Positions 10,812 to 20,784 of a DNA stretch of 64,000 nt are shown here, in pieces. Numbering within the stretch: the first letter of the stretch is position 1; each line of letters opens with the position of its first letter. Under the pieces are notes generated by a model that searched no databases, was not told the DNA's origin, and saw only the letters and a program-made list of their open reading frames with translations. This DNA comes from a virus (Duplodnaviria > Caudoviricetes): IMG/VR virus record IMGVR_UViG_3300045594_000287, positions 42,939 through 106,938 of that record, one strand, 5' to 3'. The position numbers were made by a program, and so were the translations under genes.

Positions 10812-10870
10812 ATTTAGTCAACTGTCGACTAAATCATGAAAAAGTAAATTTAGTCGGTAGTCGACTAAAT
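10812..10870. repeat. Two tandem palindromic sites ATTTAGTC-N7-GACTAAAT (putative operator or recombinase sites)
   Basis: Copies at 10812-10834 and 10848-10870, centres 36 bp apart. The second copy extends to 11-bp perfect arms (10846-10872). Confidence 0.75.
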
Positions 10871-10879
10871 TTAATAGCC

Positions 10880-10896
10880 TTCTACAAAGAGTAATA
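10880..10896 (+). promoter_or_regulatory. Putative phage-specific late promoter TTCTACAAAGAGTAATA
   Basis: An identical 17-mer recurs at 62774-62790 and TCTACA-N4-GTAATA occurs at 43002-43017. All are intergenic, downstream of a hairpin and upstream of an SD. Confidence 0.55.
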
Positions 10897-10924
10897 ATAC
10901 AGGTAGTAAAAGGAGGATATATTC

Positions 10925-13900
10925 ATGGCTAACGAAAATACGACTGAAACAGTAAACAAAGACGTTGCGGCTGCTGCCGATCATGTCAACAACATGGATT
11001 ACCGTGTCTCTGATAAGAATTTCAAGACCCCTGAAATGGGAGATTTTTATATTGGTGCTGTAGATAGCACATATCTTAAAAGACTGGATGAAATAGTAAA
11101 TGGAAAGGGAGAAGGTGAAGGAGACGATAAGAATGCCGCCTTCTACACTGAAGCCCCTCCGGTAAAAGAGCTTGGAGAAACACCTACGTCTCTGTTCGTG
11201 AAAGCTCATGTTAACATTTCCCAGGATGATATCGATAACGGATTGTGCAACGGAAACACTTTGAATGTAAGTCTTGATGGCATTGTCGGCGATTCCGAAG
11301 GAAAAGCAGTAAGCAATATTCAAGCATCTATGTTTAACAATACATTCAATACACCAATGGTTGGAACGGAAAGTAAAAATATTTCTGTTCGTCTGGTAGG
11401 AATGAAATGCCCAGCTAATCCGAAATGGGCTCAAGAAAAAGGAGTTAAAAAGGACTCTATAAAAATGAAGACAGTAGCTATAGGGGATGCCGCAAAATCC
11501 TCTGACTATGTTTTTGCTAACGGCATCCACGATAAGTCCGAAACGATTACGGTTGCTTATATCGGAAATAAATGGAGAGAGATAACCATTTACAACCAAG
11601 ACGACAATGTAATGGATTTTCGTTGGTGTGTTGATAGCGGCGACTCTGATGGAGGAAGCAAGGATTCCGGAGGCGTTACTGCAGCGAATAACTTAAAGAA
11701 ACTGATTGATAGTGCTAATGGAGAAGTGTATTTTCTATTAGATAAGAATTCTTGTCCAACTCAGTTTGCATCAACATCGAGTGATATTTTATCTGATAGC
11801 AGCGCGATCCAACAACTGGCATCATGGAATAAGACTAACGACAATTCGAGCAACGGCTTAAACCAAGTTACTCAAGATGCAGCAGCCAGATTCATAGGAG
11901 CTGCCTATGTAAAACGTGATGGAAAATGGATAAATCTTACGAAAGCAGCCCTTACGGACGATTCTAACCAAACGCTGTCTGCTGATACCTCATACGATGG
12001 TAAATGTAGAGACGTTTTTAAGCCCGCACGCTATGATAAAGATTCGGTCAACTACGCCGATGCGTTTATGAAACTTACCGATGAAATTGACGATCGTAAG
12101 AAAATCCAACATGATATTTTCAACTCAACTCCAGAAGATCTTCGCAAATGGACAGTCACTATAGGCGACGTAACATTATTCGTCCCCCCGACAAGCATTA
12201 CGTGCACCTCTGAAATTGAAAACGAGCGGTTACCAATGCTGAGATCTAAAGGCAGCATGGCAAAAACAGGCCGAAGAAGTGTGCGTCATATCCAGATGCA
12301 CATATACTTTAACGAGGAGCGGGGGATTAACGGGTTCAAATATGAAGCAAAGACTCCGAATGGATCTGCTATAAAATACTCTATCAATGGACTACGATCT
12401 TTAGTCGCTCAGTTTAAGTTCGTTCCGTATGTACCGATTGATAATGAATACATCAATGAAACGCTTGGAATAAGTGCTGTAACTGTAAATAATCTCAGCG
12501 TAAAAAACGTAAATGGTTACCCCCGTTTATTGGATGCTACGCTGACAGTTACTGAATTCGACTATACCGTATACATGCCAGAAGCTACGCTTACAGGTAT
12601 AGACAATGGCGGATTCGTTAATTTTTTTGCAGCTGCTATAAATTGGCCAACTATGCGCTATTACTACCAGCGGGCACTTTCGTATGGAGATTCATTCAAA
12701 GAGAATGGATTAACTTACAATTCTTCCGACTATAACAAGGCAATCATTAAGAATCGTACATCGCTGATCCCAATGTCGTTTACCGACCCAAATGTCAAAT
12801 TTTATGTTGCGAGTGCAGATTACCTCGATAAAATGTTACAAGCCAAGCTTAATGCAAAACGCGGCAAGGGCGATAATAATATTAGCTTTACGCCTGATGA
12901 AAAGAATGCAGCAAAAGATCTTGGAACAATATACGATGCAATAGACGCTTGTAAGAACGACGGAGAATTTCAGAATGCACTTGCTAAATTGAATTCCAGA
13001 GATTTAGCCTGGAGTCCGAAGTACTCTGAAAACGGCAACTACATAAACCTTACGGGTGATACAGCGTTCTCAGGAAAGGAACAATATAGCCAGGGCATGG
13101 TTAGCGGTACAAATCTCTGTATGGTCGCAAGTGGATACACTGGGGATCGTGAAGGAGTAGAAAAAGACCTGAATGGCGCCCTGTCTCTTTTAAAAGCCCA
13201 TATGGATGAGGTCAATGAGAAGGCGGGAAAGACTATTCTCTCTGATCCAAAATTCTATATAAAATGTAGCGGAGGCAATGACGAACGTAAATTCTCTGCT
13301 GGTGTATCTTACGCAGTAAACCTTGAGTATCTTTCTACGGATGCGAATTACAATGACATAAGAAAAGACGTGTCGAATTATATCGATGCGAACTCAGAAG
13401 ACTTCTTCAATGATCGTCGCATAAACGTTCCATTGTCGCTTCCATTGAGCAACCCAAGTGAAAATTACAAAACAACAGTGATGCCTAAAAATGGAGAGCT
13501 CTCGATCGACATGGACAATAAAGATGTTGCTTTTCTGAAGTATTGCCAAACTCTTGGCAAAGAAGCTCCGGATCCGAATGACACGAAACGTATCAGCTTT
13601 GTCAACCTTAATCAGCTCGATAATCTTTATTATGAAGAGTATACGATGCCTGAAACACGGGTATCGAACTGGAGCGTGGCGTTGACTAACCACATCTCAA
13701 ATCTCAATGTATGCGAGATATCCGGCTCTTCTCCTCAGTATCTTGGTGGTGAAGATTTGGCCATTACCATGGAGGTTACCACCACAAGCGATGAAGTCGT
13801 AAAGAAATTATCCTGCCTGCCACAGATCTGTGCAGCATATGGCCGTAAATATCATAGCATTCTCCCTGCGAGTGTGATCAAAGTTCAGTCAGAATTTGCC

Positions 13901-16900
13901 CAATTCTTTGGTGTGAATGAAGTGCTAGTCCAAAATGTACAAGTAGACACTACTCCAAATCTCCCTTCTGTAAAAACGATAACAATAGAGCTTATATCCA
14001 ACGATAGAAGCTTACGCAATCGAGAAGCTTTGAATAAAATTGAAGCGGATAACGCAGGAAAGATTGGAGGAAACGAGCAAGCTGACCGCTCGATAAAGAG
14101 TTACTTCGACATCGAAAAGACGATTGCGCAAGCAGAACTGTATCCAGATCTTGAACTTCCTACGATAGATGAAATGCAATCTGCTGGCTGGGATTATGTA
14201 AGATATAAGTTCCAAGATGACAGAAAATATGTTGATCCAGATTTCTACTTCCTATACTTGAATACATTGAGTTCTCAGATCATCAGAGAATCAATTATCA
14301 CGTCAAAAGATTCGGGGGCAGGGGCAACAACAACGTGGAAGGATTCAACTGGCGCAAATATCAAAACGGAAATGTCTGCTCGTAAAGGCTTCAATGTAAT
14401 CGCAAGAGATGCTAAAGCGCAAAAGCAGAAAGATAAAGTTATTGCTATACAGAACTCAACGAATAAGCTGAACTCAAAAGATCTAACTGAAAATCTTAGG
14501 GATTCTAATCTGTCAAATGCAGAAGCAGCTGACGGCACGGAAACATGGGATATCTGTGAAGACATAAAAGCGGTGTTCCTTGAAAAGGGGTATAAGCAAG
14601 AGTATGATTCCTATCAAGCTCGCGTTCATGCTCAGCAAGTAAGCGGTACAACTGGAAATGCTGGTGCTATTGACATCAGCGGGACTGACAAGACAGCAAC
14701 GCAAACTGCTGCCACTTCATCAACCACGGCAGCTACGAATACCACAGATACATCTTCGAAAGCAGCAGATACCACGAGCGATTCCTCAGATACCGAAAAA
14801 ACAGATGATGCAACAAAATCCGACAGTTCATCTGGAGATATCCAAACAGAGGGGAAATGGGTAGCTACCCAGCTTGCAGATGCACAGAAAGCGTCAAAAG
14901 CTATTGAAGAGTATCTAAACGGAACTGGCATAACAGAAACCGTAACCGACAATAATGTAGTAAAAGAAGCTGCTTCTAAGCAGTCTGCTTCAAACGTCTT
15001 GTCCACAAGTGTTGGAAAAAGCGACACTCCGACGACTGCAGGAACGAGCGAGGCATCGACGTCAGATAAAACAACCACAACATCAACAGAAAAAACATGC
15101 CAGGACAATTCGATGGAAAGCAAGATATCCGAAGCAGTAAATAAATTCTTTCAGGATGCATCCGTCCAAGCAATTCTTGGGTTCTTAAATGTTGAATACA
15201 CGAATGAAACATTCCTGGCTACAGTTAGAGATATCGTTTATGCTGCTGCTTGTGCAGCCACTGGCGAAAAAGAATACTCAAATAAAGACCAAGCTACCGG
15301 ATGGAGGCCGTCACCTGACTTCATTGGTGTCGTAACAGGTAATGGTCAGGATGATAGCAACACCACACTAGCAAAAACAGTTGATGAAGCAATGGATAGG
15401 GCCATAGAATTTGGTTGCTTTAAAATAAAGCAATACGACAGTTCTACATTTCTTAAGATGACCGGGGAAAGCCCAAAAGACGTGTGGGGAGGCAGCGAGG
15501 ATACCAATGCAACTCACTTTTTAATTGATCCATACTACAGAAGCAAATCGATTGAGGAAATTAAGCAGTACAAAAAAGGATGTATCAACAATGCAAGATT
15601 CTGCACAATGGCGTACCTTCGCATCATGCTGTATTGGTTGAAAAAGTTGATTGACATCCAAGCTTTCCCAGCAATGACTGCTGACGTATTAAGGTCGGCA
15701 GCCAAAAACGAAATGTCCATTATTCAAAAGAACAAAGAAAAAAATGTAGATGGCGACATGGATAAATCTATGGAACAGCATTTGAACTTTTTCAGCAAAC
15801 GGTCGTATGCAGTAGATGCCGGAAAGTTTTGGACAGCATGTACCCTAGCATCAGGTGATGGGAATACAACTATTTTTGATCGAATTAAAAAGCGTGATTA
15901 TCGCGGTTTGAATGGTTACATCTCTGGGTGTTCTAAGCCGGCAAGCTTTATCGATCCTTCCGATAATGGAAGTTTAGCTGTACGTAAAATGACCCTCGCT
16001 TTGGTTGGCAAAAAACGAATTAAAGATTCGGATGCTATAGGTGTTCCACAAAATACGCCTGCCACTACCTACATGAGAGACCTGTCAGAAAAAAAATATA
16101 TTGAAGCAGCAGAAGATCCAGCAACTTACTGCATGCATGCTTGTCACGATATGATAGTAAACGATGCAAGAGGGCGCATGCTTAGAGCTTTTCCTACGTA
16201 CTACATGATGTTCATAGATGAAGGCAGAGAAATCGGCATGTGGAAGCTCCATGACAACTTCTATAACAATATGTGCATTTCCAGTATCCAGGTCGTGAAA
16301 TCCAGAAAACTTCCGGCGGATACGGCTATTGTATGTATGAGTAACTTCTACCAGTCATTCACAACTGAAAATGAAGATTATCAAAAAGTAGAAGAAGAAA
16401 CCTGGGGCAATACATTCAAATCTATTATGAGTCCATTCTTCTCGGATGATTATGGTAAGGAGCAAGAAGCCAAACGCAAATCGGCACCGCCTGAAGATAA
16501 GATACGACTCCGCCCGGGTGCACGCATTCATATCCGTATGGGGTACGGATCAAACGCAGCCATGCTGCCGGTTGTCTTTAACGGTAACATTGCGGAAGTA
16601 ACCGCTACAGACACCGTTGAGTTCCAGGCCCAGGGTGATGGCGTGGAGTTGATGAATCCAATCGTAGATGATACGGAAGGACATCAAATTATAAATCAAG
16701 ATAGCCTGGTGAAAGGTTGGTTTACCAACGGAGGAACTCCGAAAGATATCATGAACGCCATCCTGACTTCTTGTGGCGGAATCATAAAAGCCGCTATGAA
16801 AGATCTCGGACGTCAAGATCTTCTCGGTAGAAACCCATACGGAATTTATCATTTTGGTAATCCTGATTTTACACGGATTTTTAAATCAGGAGAGCCAACT

Positions 16901-19192
16901 CAAAACATATTTGAAGCTTGTGCTAAACCGGCCTGGGGTGATGACAACTCCGTAACATCAAAGTATGCAATGGATGAAGCCCCACATATCACATTCGATG
17001 CATTTCAGAAAACGATATGGGATATTGCAAACATCTGCAAGTCCGTTTCGCCAGACTACGTATGCTCAGTAGCTCCATTCGATTTTCGTTCCACTCTGTT
17101 TATCGGCCATCCGCGTTACTATTATGCATACAGTTACGGAAATGAAGGCGGCGCGGTAACGGAGCGACGCAAGCCATTCCAGCAATTTCATTTTTATTCC
17201 AGTGCGTCTGATATCATTTCAAATGGCATCATTGCATCAAAATCGAAAATGAAAACGGCAGCACTTGGTTTGTACCAAGTAGCAGAAGCGTTGAACATCA
17301 AACGGCAAGAAAAAGTTGGACCGTTATTTGCTGATATTGATATCTACCCAGAAAATCAAAAAACCATGATTGTCGACACGCAGCTTTACGGAAAAGGCAT
17401 TCCAATTATTGGATATTTTGGCGGCAATCTGCTGGCAGACCTATTTGATTATGCAGCTGATGATAAAGGGAGCGTTGTAAGTCATGAAAAAATTGCATGG
17501 CGTATGACAGCATCTGCTCTTAAAGACTCTGTAAAAGATATGTACATGGGAGATCTTGTGGTCCTGGGTGATCCGAGTATTAAACCTCATGATCGTGTAT
17601 TTATCATGGATGGATATTCAGGCATAACTGGACAATGTACGGTAAAAGAAGTTGTTATGGACATGTCTGTGGATCAAGGCTTTGTCACAACCATATCTCC
17701 AGACTGTATCAATACCGTTGATGACAGGTTTGAGAATTCCGTGTTCTCATGGGTAAACTCTATGGGGGCTACCGGTTGCGCAGCAATTGGTGGAATCGCC
17801 ATGGCAGCAACATGTTATCTTGCCGGCACGGTGCCTACAATCAACAAGATCAAAGACATTGCTAAAAGTACTAAAATTGCCAAAGGAGCCAAAAAAGCTG
17901 CTGATATCGCTAAAGATTCTAAAACCATAGCTAATGCTGCTAAGGCCGCAAAAACTGCTGCTGCTGCTATAAAAGGAGTAAAGGCAGTAGGAGCAGTTGT
18001 TGGAGTCGCCGGTGCTGCCGTAGGTGGAATAGCAGCAGCAACCGCTGCGGCACCTGCCATAGCTATGACACTGGCAGCGTGCGCAACTACGTATGCTATC
18101 GGATCTTTTGTTAATACGTTTATTGAACGAACAACAAAGAATTGGCAGGTGCTGCAGATCTGGCCGCTCAAACGATATGGTTTATGCTGGACTGCCGGCG
18201 TCGAAGGGAGCAAAGGCCTTGTCGTTGGATCGCCATCGCATGATAAGCAGGGTGCTTTAACAAAAGCATTTTCTTATTTAGCCAATTCCAATAGTAAGAC
18301 CTTTATAGGTGGATTATTAACCGGACTCCTACTCGATGAAGATGTTCAAAAAATTGCAGATAAATACGACACCTCTCAAAACGTTATCGACGAGTCGGGA
18401 GAACCATCGACGCCTGAAGCATCTTACGATAATGTACTTAGATCATCAGCCGGGCAGAGCGGAGGAAACCTTCCGGGAGATTATCGCAACATGCAAATTG
18501 TCCCCCGTGCTGACTACAACTCTGGTGATGATGTGCAGAAGTCGTACGATCACTTTGCGGTGATGGATACGGAACAGTATCAGAACGATCCAAAGATCCA
18601 ATACTATCGCCTGGTAAGTGGAGATACTCGCCTCAAGCCATATATTGATGAGCAGTTCTTTAAAATTATCCACGAGACACCGGCTCTTAATAAAGGGGAG
18701 CAGGTAGATTCTCAAATCATCACAACCAATGGTGTAAATCATTATGTGAAAGTCATACATTATACGATGAATAATGGTAAAGAACTTTGCGATATGCCGC
18801 TGCTTCACCCTGATGCTCTGAATATTCTCTACGAAATTGTTCGCAGGGCAAAAAACAACATGCCGGCAGCCAATGCTTCGGACAAATACGAAGCGTACGA
18901 AGACACAAAAAGTAGTTTCATTGCACTGGAATCGGCGCTCCGAGTCGGAGATACCGAATCCCAGGGGGCGGCAGGTTTTACCTTCATTCTTCAAGCGATG
19001 GAGAATGCAGTAAAGCCTATGACTTCAGCGATAAAAGAACTACATGATGAAATCGCAGCAGACGCAAAAGATGATCCCCTTAAGAACGCTGAGCTTTTTA
19101 ACTCAAAAGATCTGGGAGAGAATAAAGTAGCCGTAGTGGTAAGAATGCCACGAGTCACATCTAAAAACATAACAGATGGAGGCAATGTTTAA
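10925..19192 (+). CDS. Giant baseplate hub protein (2755 aa; gp27/late-control-D-like C-terminal half, degenerate SNase-like N-terminus, Ser/Thr-rich linker)
   Basis: SD AAAGGAGG. LRPGARIHIRMGYGSN..VFNGNIAEV..QGDG and GDLVVLGDPSIKPHDRVFI..VKEVV..GFVTTISP are typical of hub/GPD folds. The gene lies upstream of the spike, gp25 and J genes. Confidence 0.7.
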   Translation: MANENTTETVNKDVAAAADHVNNMDYRVSDKNFKTPEMGDFYIGAVDSTYLKRLDEIVNGKGEGEGDDKNAAFYTEAPPVKELGETPTSLFVKAHVNISQDDIDNGLCNGNTLNVSLDGIVGDSEGKAVSNIQASMFNNTFNTPMVGTESKNISVRLVGMKCPANPKWAQEKGVKKDSIKMKTVAIGDAAKSSDYVFANGIHDKSETITVAYIGNKWREITIYNQDDNVMDFRWCVDSGDSDGGSKDSGGVTAANNLKKLIDSANGEVYFLLDKNSCPTQFASTSSDILSDSSAIQQLASWNKTNDNSSNGLNQVTQDAAARFIGAAYVKRDGKWINLTKAALTDDSNQTLSADTSYDGKCRDVFKPARYDKDSVNYADAFMKLTDEIDDRKKIQHDIFNSTPEDLRKWTVTIGDVTLFVPPTSITCTSEIENERLPMLRSKGSMAKTGRRSVRHIQMHIYFNEERGINGFKYEAKTPNGSAIKYSINGLRSLVAQFKFVPYVPIDNEYINETLGISAVTVNNLSVKNVNGYPRLLDATLTVTEFDYTVYMPEATLTGIDNGGFVNFFAAAINWPTMRYYYQRALSYGDSFKENGLTYNSSDYNKAIIKNRTSLIPMSFTDPNVKFYVASADYLDKMLQAKLNAKRGKGDNNISFTPDEKNAAKDLGTIYDAIDACKNDGEFQNALAKLNSRDLAWSPKYSENGNYINLTGDTAFSGKEQYSQGMVSGTNLCMVASGYTGDREGVEKDLNGALSLLKAHMDEVNEKAGKTILSDPKFYIKCSGGNDERKFSAGVSYAVNLEYLSTDANYNDIRKDVSNYIDANSEDFFNDRRINVPLSLPLSNPSENYKTTVMPKNGELSIDMDNKDVAFLKYCQTLGKEAPDPNDTKRISFVNLNQLDNLYYEEYTMPETRVSNWSVALTNHISNLNVCEISGSSPQYLGGEDLAITMEVTTTSDEVVKKLSCLPQICAAYGRKYHSILPASVIKVQSEFAQFFGVNEVLVQNVQVDTTPNLPSVKTITIELISNDRSLRNREALNKIEADNAGKIGGNEQADRSIKSYFDIEKTIAQAELYPDLELPTIDEMQSAGWDYVRYKFQDDRKYVDPDFYFLYLNTLSSQIIRESIITSKDSGAGATTTWKDSTGANIKTEMSARKGFNVIARDAKAQKQKDKVIAIQNSTNKLNSKDLTENLRDSNLSNAEAADGTETWDICEDIKAVFLEKGYKQEYDSYQARVHAQQVSGTTGNAGAIDISGTDKTATQTAATSSTTAATNTTDTSSKAADTTSDSSDTEKTDDATKSDSSSGDIQTEGKWVATQLADAQKASKAIEEYLNGTGITETVTDNNVVKEAASKQSASNVLSTSVGKSDTPTTAGTSEASTSDKTTTTSTEKTCQDNSMESKISEAVNKFFQDASVQAILGFLNVEYTNETFLATVRDIVYAAACAATGEKEYSNKDQATGWRPSPDFIGVVTGNGQDDSNTTLAKTVDEAMDRAIEFGCFKIKQYDSSTFLKMTGESPKDVWGGSEDTNATHFLIDPYYRSKSIEEIKQYKKGCINNARFCTMAYLRIMLYWLKKLIDIQAFPAMTADVLRSAAKNEMSIIQKNKEKNVDGDMDKSMEQHLNFFSKRSYAVDAGKFWTACTLASGDGNTTIFDRIKKRDYRGLNGYISGCSKPASFIDPSDNGSLAVRKMTLALVGKKRIKDSDAIGVPQNTPATTYMRDLSEKKYIEAAEDPATYCMHACHDMIVNDARGRMLRAFPTYYMMFIDEGREIGMWKLHDNFYNNMCISSIQVVKSRKLPADTAIVCMSNFYQSFTTENEDYQKVEEETWGNTFKSIMSPFFSDDYGKEQEAKRKSAPPEDKIRLRPGARIHIRMGYGSNAAMLPVVFNGNIAEVTATDTVEFQAQGDGVELMNPIVDDTEGHQIINQDSLVKGWFTNGGTPKDIMNAILTSCGGIIKAAMKDLGRQDLLGRNPYGIYHFGNPDFTRIFKSGEPTQNIFEACAKPAWGDDNSVTSKYAMDEAPHITFDAFQKTIWDIANICKSVSPDYVCSVAPFDFRSTLFIGHPRYYYAYSYGNEGGAVTERRKPFQQFHFYSSASDIISNGIIASKSKMKTAALGLYQVAEALNIKRQEKVGPLFADIDIYPENQKTMIVDTQLYGKGIPIIGYFGGNLLADLFDYAADDKGSVVSHEKIAWRMTASALKDSVKDMYMGDLVVLGDPSIKPHDRVFIMDGYSGITGQCTVKEVVMDMSVDQGFVTTISPDCINTVDDRFENSVFSWVNSMGATGCAAIGGIAMAATCYLAGTVPTINKIKDIAKSTKIAKGAKKAADIAKDSKTIANAAKAAKTAAAAIKGVKAVGAVVGVAGAAVGGIAAATAAAPAIAMTLAACATTYAIGSFVNTFIERTTKNWQVLQIWPLKRYGLCWTAGVEGSKGLVVGSPSHDKQGALTKAFSYLANSNSKTFIGGLLTGLLLDEDVQKIADKYDTSQNVIDESGEPSTPEASYDNVLRSSAGQSGGNLPGDYRNMQIVPRADYNSGDDVQKSYDHFAVMDTEQYQNDPKIQYYRLVSGDTRLKPYIDEQFFKIIHETPALNKGEQVDSQIITTNGVNHYVKVIHYTMNNGKELCDMPLLHPDALNILYEIVRRAKNNMPAANASDKYEAYEDTKSSFIALESALRVGDTESQGAAGFTFILQAMENAVKPMTSAIKELHDEIAADAKDDPLKNAELFNSKDLGENKVAVVVRMPRVTSKNITDGGNV

Positions 19193-19560
19193 TGAGTGGA
19201 TTAAAAGGAATCCTGCAGAGCCGCGTAAGTAACGCGGCTCAGCATATAAACAACAGTATAACCACTGTCGGAGTCGTTACTGATTCAGACGAAATGAATA
19301 ATACTTGCTCTGTACGATATGTAGACAAAGACGGGCAAAAGCGTAATAGAGATAATGTAGTAGTTCGACTGTACGGGAGTGGCACAGACTACTTCCCGGC
19401 AAAGGACGACACGGTTGTTATCGAAGAGACGGGCGACACTTGTGTAGTGATCGCACGTCATGTCGGTAACTATGCGATGGATGTTCGTTCGAAAATGAAA
19501 CTCGTCAAAGACATCTTTTCAGATAGTGGCGGGTCAGAACCGGGCGGATCAATCATATAA
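19192..19560 (+). CDS. Baseplate spike OB-fold protein (gpV/gp5 N-terminal-like), 122 aa
   Basis: GVVTDSD..CSVRY..V.V..FPAKDDTVVIE..VVIAR pattern; TAATG-coupled to the hub gene. Confidence 0.55.
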   Translation: MSGLKGILQSRVSNAAQHINNSITTVGVVTDSDEMNNTCSVRYVDKDGQKRNRDNVVVRLYGSGTDYFPAKDDTVVIEETGDTCVVIARHVGNYAMDVRSKMKLVKDIFSDSGGSEPGGSII

Positions 19561-19572
19561 GGGGAGATTATA

Positions 19573-20751
19573 ATGGCAGCAAGCAACAAGTCCATTAATG
19601 TAACGATCGAGCAGGACGAACCGAAAACGTTCAATCCTAAACTCTCTGACGCACAGAAACGAGCTGATAATCTCAGTCGTATGTCGGAGAAGGGGTTGAT
19701 CAATGAGAAATCCGGATCATCACTTGCTCTGCGGGAGAATGGACAAACCAATTTATCGGCGGGAAAATACGCCCAATATAAAATGAATCCTAACGGTAAG
19801 GTGATGGAGAACTCTTTACAGAGCGTAACTATCACCAACCGAAAGGAATTCAAGATAGATGAAATTACTGTAAATGAACACAAGCTGAATCCGCGTTTGT
19901 ACGAACTTGCAGATTTTCGCAAGATCACACTCGACACGAATAAGAACGCTATCGTTGGCAACTTCTGTTTAAACGGCAGCGTATTGGTAAAGGCATGGGA
20001 ACCGAATCTGAAGCGGTATATGCTTATTCGCCGGCCGGCTCGGCTGCCGATGTTTGGACCGCTGCTCAATGTTCCAGAAATTCCTACGGCATTAAAAGTA
20101 AACGATCCACTGAAGGTTGATGAATCGATGCTTGGTATTTCTGCCGATGGGTATCAAGTCAATGCAGCTATATCCGATAAGAACACTCTCGTCGGTAAAA
20201 AAGGTGTCGACCGTAAGGGCATTGACCGTACACCAGAAAAATCTGGTGGCATTATCGGCGCCAGCAATGACAATAGTTCCGGACCGGGAGCAAACCACAG
20301 TTGTAATCCAGGACCAGCAAAAGGTATCGGTAAGGACAATATTCCATCAGATGCAGAACAATGGACAGTCAATATGGCAGTACGTAGTTCTGGAATATGC
20401 GGTCTACCAGCCGATTGGCTATGGGCTCAATGGAAACATGAATCTAATTTTGATGCAAGTGATGGAAATTATAATTTCGGTGGAATCCGTCCTAGTTCCG
20501 GGATGGAATCAAACGCTTATAACTTTGCCGTGTTCCATTCTGCTGAAGAATGGGCGGATTATTTTGGTAAATATATTTTATTGTGGAATGACCCTCCAGT
20601 AACTCAAGCAAAAACAATGAAGGAATATGTACATTGCTTACAAAATGCCGACGGAGGAAAAACAAAATATTGTTCCGACCCTGCCGATGAAGACTTATAT
20701 TACAACACAATGGCAGAATGCTTAGGCAATCAAGGAACTGTAATTAAATAA
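19573..20751 (+). CDS. Baseplate-associated peptidoglycan hydrolase with a C-terminal GH73 (glucosaminidase/FlgJ-like) lysozyme-fold domain
   Basis: AQWKHES..YNFGGI..F.SAEE..DY..YCSDP matches the GH73 AQ..ES / N.FGI / YATDP motifs; SD AAGGGGAG. Confidence 0.7.
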   Translation: MAASNKSINVTIEQDEPKTFNPKLSDAQKRADNLSRMSEKGLINEKSGSSLALRENGQTNLSAGKYAQYKMNPNGKVMENSLQSVTITNRKEFKIDEITVNEHKLNPRLYELADFRKITLDTNKNAIVGNFCLNGSVLVKAWEPNLKRYMLIRRPARLPMFGPLLNVPEIPTALKVNDPLKVDESMLGISADGYQVNAAISDKNTLVGKKGVDRKGIDRTPEKSGGIIGASNDNSSGPGANHSCNPGPAKGIGKDNIPSDAEQWTVNMAVRSSGICGLPADWLWAQWKHESNFDASDGNYNFGGIRPSSGMESNAYNFAVFHSAEEWADYFGKYILLWNDPPVTQAKTMKEYVHCLQNADGGKTKYCSDPADEDLYYNTMAECLGNQGTVIK

Positions 20752-20784
20752 TCGAGTTGAAGAGCTTGTTAAAGGACTGATATT

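Noticed and set aside
10812-10872. Palindromic repeats as a mini CRISPR array
   Set aside because: Only two copies, a 13-bp gap, internal variation and no cas genes.
14630-15110. Thr/Ser-rich stretch as a tandem repeat or insertion element
   Set aside because: It is a low-complexity in-frame linker with no discrete repeat unit or terminal repeats.
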